A stretch of DNA of 64,000 nucleotides from Nitrosopumilaceae archaeon. GTDB lineage: Archaea > Thermoproteota > Nitrososphaeria > Nitrososphaerales > Nitrosopumilaceae. Below, in pieces: positions 60,644 through 64,000 of the stretch; position 1 is the stretch's first letter; each line of letters begins with the position of its first letter. Under the pieces are notes generated by a model. That model worked only from the letters and a program-made list of their open reading frames with translations. It ran no database searches and was not told where the DNA came from. A program made the position numbers and the translations under genes. Where the stretch lies: positions 2,336,001 through 2,400,000 of the forward strand of contig CBDCCK010000002.1 in assembly GCA_965214835.1 (NCBI GenBank). The letters run 5' to 3'.

Positions 60644-61057
60644 TTAGGCCGGAGTGAATCCCTGGTATCCTCCCGTTTGCTGATCCTTGTCTGAGAAATC
60701 CGGCTCAAACAGCGATACCAGATAGTCGTCCGGATCCAGGATTATTGCGTTTTTTCCCGCATCCCTTTTGACCACGTCCCGGTGAATCCTGACGCCCTTT
60801 TCCTTCAGTTCAGCGACTGCCGAGTCTACGTCTCCCACCAGAAACCCTATCGTGATTCCGTTGTCTATGGAACCCCCCACGTGTTCTGCGGTAAGCGAGG
60901 CGGGATGGAGGCTTAACAGTGCGCCACCGGTTCCCAGGTCAATCCATGAACGTCTTTGGTTTTTTATTGGCAGTCCGATGATCCCGTGATAAAACGCCAG
61001 TGACCGGTCAAGATCCTGCACTGCCAGAATAACGTTGCCAACTTTTTTGATATTCAC
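60644..61057 (-). CDS. VOC/glyoxalase-family protein
   Basis: VILAVQDLDRSLAFY...IGFLVGDVD...DPDDYLVSLFE. Confidence 0.92.
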   Translation of the reverse strand: MNIKKVGNVILAVQDLDRSLAFYHGIIGLPIKNQRRSWIDLGTGGALLSLHPASLTAEHVGGSIDNGITIGFLVGDVDSAVAELKEKGVRIHRDVVKRDAGKNAIILDPDDYLVSLFEPDFSDKDQQTGGYQGFTPA

Positions 61058-61117
61058 TCTATAGTGTATGCGGGAGTAGCATAAAAACAAGATGTTTGTT
61101 TTTTTGGCCTTTGGAGT

Positions 61118-61336
61118 CTATTGAACCTCGACCATGGTCTCGGTCCTGTCCACGCCGCTTATTTTTTGAATTTCGGTTGTAACATCTTTGATCATGGCCA
61201 GCTCATCGACCTCTATGATTGCCACTGCATCAAACTGGCCACTGGTCGGAAAAGAGTCATAGACTGCCTTGACTTTTCTCAGCCTTGCGGCAATCAGTTT
61301 TTTTGGGGATTTTACCAGAACGATTGCCCTTACCAT
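61118..61336 (-). CDS. Lrp/AsnC ligand-binding-domain protein
   Basis: TSGQFDAVA...ISGVDRTET. Confidence 0.88.
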   Translation of the reverse strand: MVRAIVLVKSPKKLIAARLRKVKAVYDSFPTSGQFDAVAIIEVDELAMIKDVTTEIQKISGVDRTETMVEVQ

Positions 61337-61569
61337 CCCATGTTCACCTCCACCTCGATCATGGTCTCAGTAGTCTCTATCTCCTTGACCTTCTTAAACT
61401 CAATTACGATGTTGTTGATCTCATCTATGGAGCCACTCAGCAGGACGCAGATGTCGGCCCTTCCGGTGACCACCATGATTTCCTTGGAGATCTTGCGCTT
61501 CTTTTTTAGAACGCCTACCACCGCATCCACCTTTCCGGGCTTGACGGTAATCATGCAAAGTGCACGCAT
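61330..61569 (-). CDS. Lrp/AsnC ligand-binding-domain protein
   Basis: VKPGKVD...VTGRADI...IETTET. Confidence 0.88.
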   Translation of the reverse strand: MRALCMITVKPGKVDAVVGVLKKKRKISKEIMVVTGRADICVLLSGSIDEINNIVIEFKKVKEIETTETMIEVEVNMGW

Positions 61570-61604
61570 GGTAATACTAGGATATTGACAATGATAAGGG
61601 TTAC

Positions 61605-62249
61605 TTAATCAAATGCTTCCTGAGATCTGGCCTCTTCGAGGTATGCGCGCCTTTCCTCGTTGATCTTGTCCTGATCAATTGCCAGATCATCCTCAACGAT
61701 CACAATCCCCATGTCGCCAATTGGCTCGTCTTTTGCCTTTTTCTTGGATTTGTTAGCCTTGGCCTTTGCCTTGGCAGTTGCAGGCTTTACCTCCTTGGGT
61801 TTTGCTTCCTTGGTTACAGTAGGCTTGGTGGTCTTGGCCTTTGCCTTGGCAGTTGCAGGCTTTACCTCCTTGGGTTTTGCTTCCTTGGTTACAGTAGGCT
61901 TGGTGGTCTTGGCCTTTGCCTTGGCAGTTGCAGGCTTTACCTCCTTGGGTTTTGCTTCCTTGGTTACAGTAGGCTTGGTGGTCTTGGCCTTTGCCTTGGC
62001 AGTTGCAGGCTTTACCTCCTTGGGTTTTGCTTCCTTGGTTACAGTAGGCTTGGTGGTCTTGGCCTTTGCCTTGGCAGTTGCAGGCTTTACCTCCTTGGGT
62101 TTTGCTTCCTTGGTTACAGTAGGCTTGGTGGTCTTGGCCTTTGCCTTGGCAGTTGCAGGCTTTACCTCCTTGGGTTTTGCTTCCTTGGTTACAGTAGGCT
62201 TGGTGGTCTTGGCCTTTGCCTTTGCTTTCTTTGCAGTCTTTTCTGCCAT
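61605..62249 (-). CDS. Lys/Ala-rich (histone H1-like composition) protein with six 25-aa repeats
   Basis: TTKPTVTKEAKPKEVKPATAKAKAK x6 (75-bp repeats), acidic C-terminus. Confidence 0.85.
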   Translation of the reverse strand: MAEKTAKKAKAKAKTTKPTVTKEAKPKEVKPATAKAKAKTTKPTVTKEAKPKEVKPATAKAKAKTTKPTVTKEAKPKEVKPATAKAKAKTTKPTVTKEAKPKEVKPATAKAKAKTTKPTVTKEAKPKEVKPATAKAKAKTTKPTVTKEAKPKEVKPATAKAKAKANKSKKKAKDEPIGDMGIVIVEDDLAIDQDKINEERRAYLEEARSQEAFD

Positions 62250-62336
62250 AAATTGCATGAAAGGATAAACTGCATGTTAATAAAACTTGTGCAGAATTGG
62301 ATTTTTGTTTTGGGATCGTTCGATCAGGAATCAAGG

Positions 62337-62413
62337 TGGTGCCAGGGGCGGGATTTGAACGCGCGACAGCTCGGTCTTCAGCCGAGTGCTCTCCCGGGCT
62401 GAGCTACCCTGGC
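62337..62413 (-). tRNA. tRNA-Phe (GAA)
   Basis: gccagggtagctcag...ctcggct GAA gaccgag...gttcaaat...cctggca-cca cloverleaf with encoded CCA. Confidence 0.95.
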
Positions 62414-62450
62414 ACAACCTAAATCCGCCGTGTGGAAATAAAAACTGTTC

Positions 62451-62993
62451 CTATTTCTGAGACTTCCAGACGGTATCTGGAATACCATTTCTTTGATTTA
62501 CCACCCGTGCAGCTACGAAAAGAAGATCTGACAGCCTGTTCAGATACTGTACGCAGCACGGGTTGATTTTTTCTACCTGCTGCAGCTTTACGGCGTTTAT
62601 CTCTGCCCTGCGCGTAATCGTCCTTGACAGGTGTATTCCAGATGCTAGTCTTGTGCCACCCGGCAGGATGAAGTTTGTCAACGGTTCTAGTTCGCTCTCA
62701 AAGGCATCGATTTCAGACTCTAGTCTAGTTACCATGTCTTCGGTCATTCTGTTGGAGCCGTCCTCAAGATTTGGGTTGGACAGATCCGCCCCAAGCGTGA
62801 ACAGCTCATTTTGTATCCTTGTCAGTGTGGATTTGATGTCTGCGTCTGCCTTTTCTGTCAGCGCAACTCCCACCGATGCGTTAATCTCATCCACAGATCC
62901 ATAGGCGACAATCCTATAGTCTGATTTGGACGTCCTGATGTTTCCCTGAATCCCCGTAGTTCCATCATCACCTGTTTTTGTGTATATCTTCAC
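62451..62993 (-). CDS. pduO: ATP:cob(I)alamin adenosyltransferase, PduO type
   Basis: KIYTKTGDDGTT, AYGSVDEIN, FILPGG, RRAE, YLNRLSDLLF. Confidence 0.95.
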   Translation of the reverse strand: MKIYTKTGDDGTTGIQGNIRTSKSDYRIVAYGSVDEINASVGVALTEKADADIKSTLTRIQNELFTLGADLSNPNLEDGSNRMTEDMVTRLESEIDAFESELEPLTNFILPGGTRLASGIHLSRTITRRAEINAVKLQQVEKINPCCVQYLNRLSDLLFVAARVVNQRNGIPDTVWKSQK

Positions 62994-63146
62994 ATTTTAT
63001 CGTGGCCAGCGAGTCCTATTATTGTGTTCTATCCTGTTGCACAACCCCGGCTTTAGGCACAAAAGATCAGTTGCTTTTACGCTTTCAGGCACGGCTGCAC
63101 AACAAGCTATTGCGTTCGAATTGTTTAATAGTAAAATCCAGGGCCC

Positions 63147-63680
63147 TTGGTTATGATCATTGATTTTTTCAACACTGCAGCTGGGCTCAAATCCGTGTCC
63201 CGGCAAGGCTGGATATCAAAGCTAGGCATGGAAAACCCGGAATCCGTAGCCGATCACAGCTATATGATGAGCCTGATGTCCGCAACCCTCTCAGACCTCG
63301 TTGGGCTTGATACCCTAAAGGTCGTGAAAATGTCGCTGCTTCACGACGTCGCAGAGTCAAGAATCGGGGATTTGATGCATGGTGAGGTTTCCAAGTCCGA
63401 GAAAGAAAGGATGGAGGACTCTGCAATGGATGAAATCCTTCAGGATCTGCCGGACGGCATCAGGAATGATTACAAAGGCATCTGGAGGGAGTTCCAGGAT
63501 TCCTCCACCCCAGAATCTGAGTTCGTCCACGAGGTCGACAAGCTGGAGATGGCCCTTCAGGCAAAAATCTACTCAAAAAACGCATCCGATGAAAAAATCA
63601 GGGCGTTCTTTGAGTCCGCCCAGGAGTCAATACATAACAGGCACCTGCAAAGCATATTAGATGAAATTCTATCAAGGTAG
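63147..63680 (+). CDS. HD-domain hydrolase (YfbR/HDDC2-like)
   Basis: RQGW, ESVADHS, LLHDVAE, DKLE. Confidence 0.93.
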   Translation: MVMIIDFFNTAAGLKSVSRQGWISKLGMENPESVADHSYMMSLMSATLSDLVGLDTLKVVKMSLLHDVAESRIGDLMHGEVSKSEKERMEDSAMDEILQDLPDGIRNDYKGIWREFQDSSTPESEFVHEVDKLEMALQAKIYSKNASDEKIRAFFESAQESIHNRHLQSILDEILSR

Positions 63681-63682
63681 CC

Positions 63683-63913
63683 ATGTCAGAACAACAAAAG
63701 GACGAGCTAATCGAGGCACAGAAGCAGGTAATCGGGATCTTGTTTGAGGCAGTAAAGAGACTGCAGGCCAACAACAACCTTGACTCCGAATATCTTCAGA
63801 TCATCTCCTCGGGAAAATCCGAGGACGGCAAAGCCCGCCTGGGCCAGATTCTGTCTGAAAGGCAGGAAAATGCAAGGATTGTAGGCAGGCTGCTAGAACA
63901 GCTGGAGGTCTAG
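63683..63913 (+). CDS. hypothetical protein
   Basis: 76-aa helical ORF coupled to the HD gene. Confidence 0.75.
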   Translation: MSEQQKDELIEAQKQVIGILFEAVKRLQANNNLDSEYLQIISSGKSEDGKARLGQILSERQENARIVGRLLEQLEV

Positions 63914-64000
63914 TGGCCGCAGCTGCATGACTCATCAGAACACGAATCACGGCCGTCATCTACCACCCTTAGCCGGGATTCCTGCTCGTGCCTGATTTGG

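Noticed and set aside
61711-62334. Alternative-frame ORFs over the 75-bp repeat (hydrophobic and Cys-rich)
   Set aside because: Shadows of a stop-free repeat; only 61605-62249 has a sensible unique C-terminus and operon context.

Overview
Archaeal chromosome segment, most consistent with a host-associated (sponge-symbiont-like) Nitrosopumilaceae/Thaumarchaeota genome. This is inferred from the thaumarchaeal S-layer-type gene, serpin, cupredoxin, Lrp/AsnC pair, PduO-type adenosyltransferase and archaeal tRNA-Phe. Positions 1-60000 are a cell-surface/glycan island riddled with insertion sequences (IS66, IS630, IS5, IS481, ISH3/IS4, IS3 and IS110 remnants) and their MITEs, many nested. Three large surface-related genes and one smaller secreted-protein gene can be rebuilt in frame by removing the elements at their target-site duplications. 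Positions 60600-64000 are ordinary core genes. The most unusual signal is six unrelated sites where 36-42 bp of local sequence (mostly 37 bp) is directly duplicated around a unique 34-39 bp insert (unit period 71-79 bp). This is the geometry of a single CRISPR spacer-acquisition event, but the units lie inside ordinary genes and IS remnants, and there is no array or cas gene in the window. Coordinates were read by eye and may be off by a few bases; product calls come from motif recognition, not database searches.
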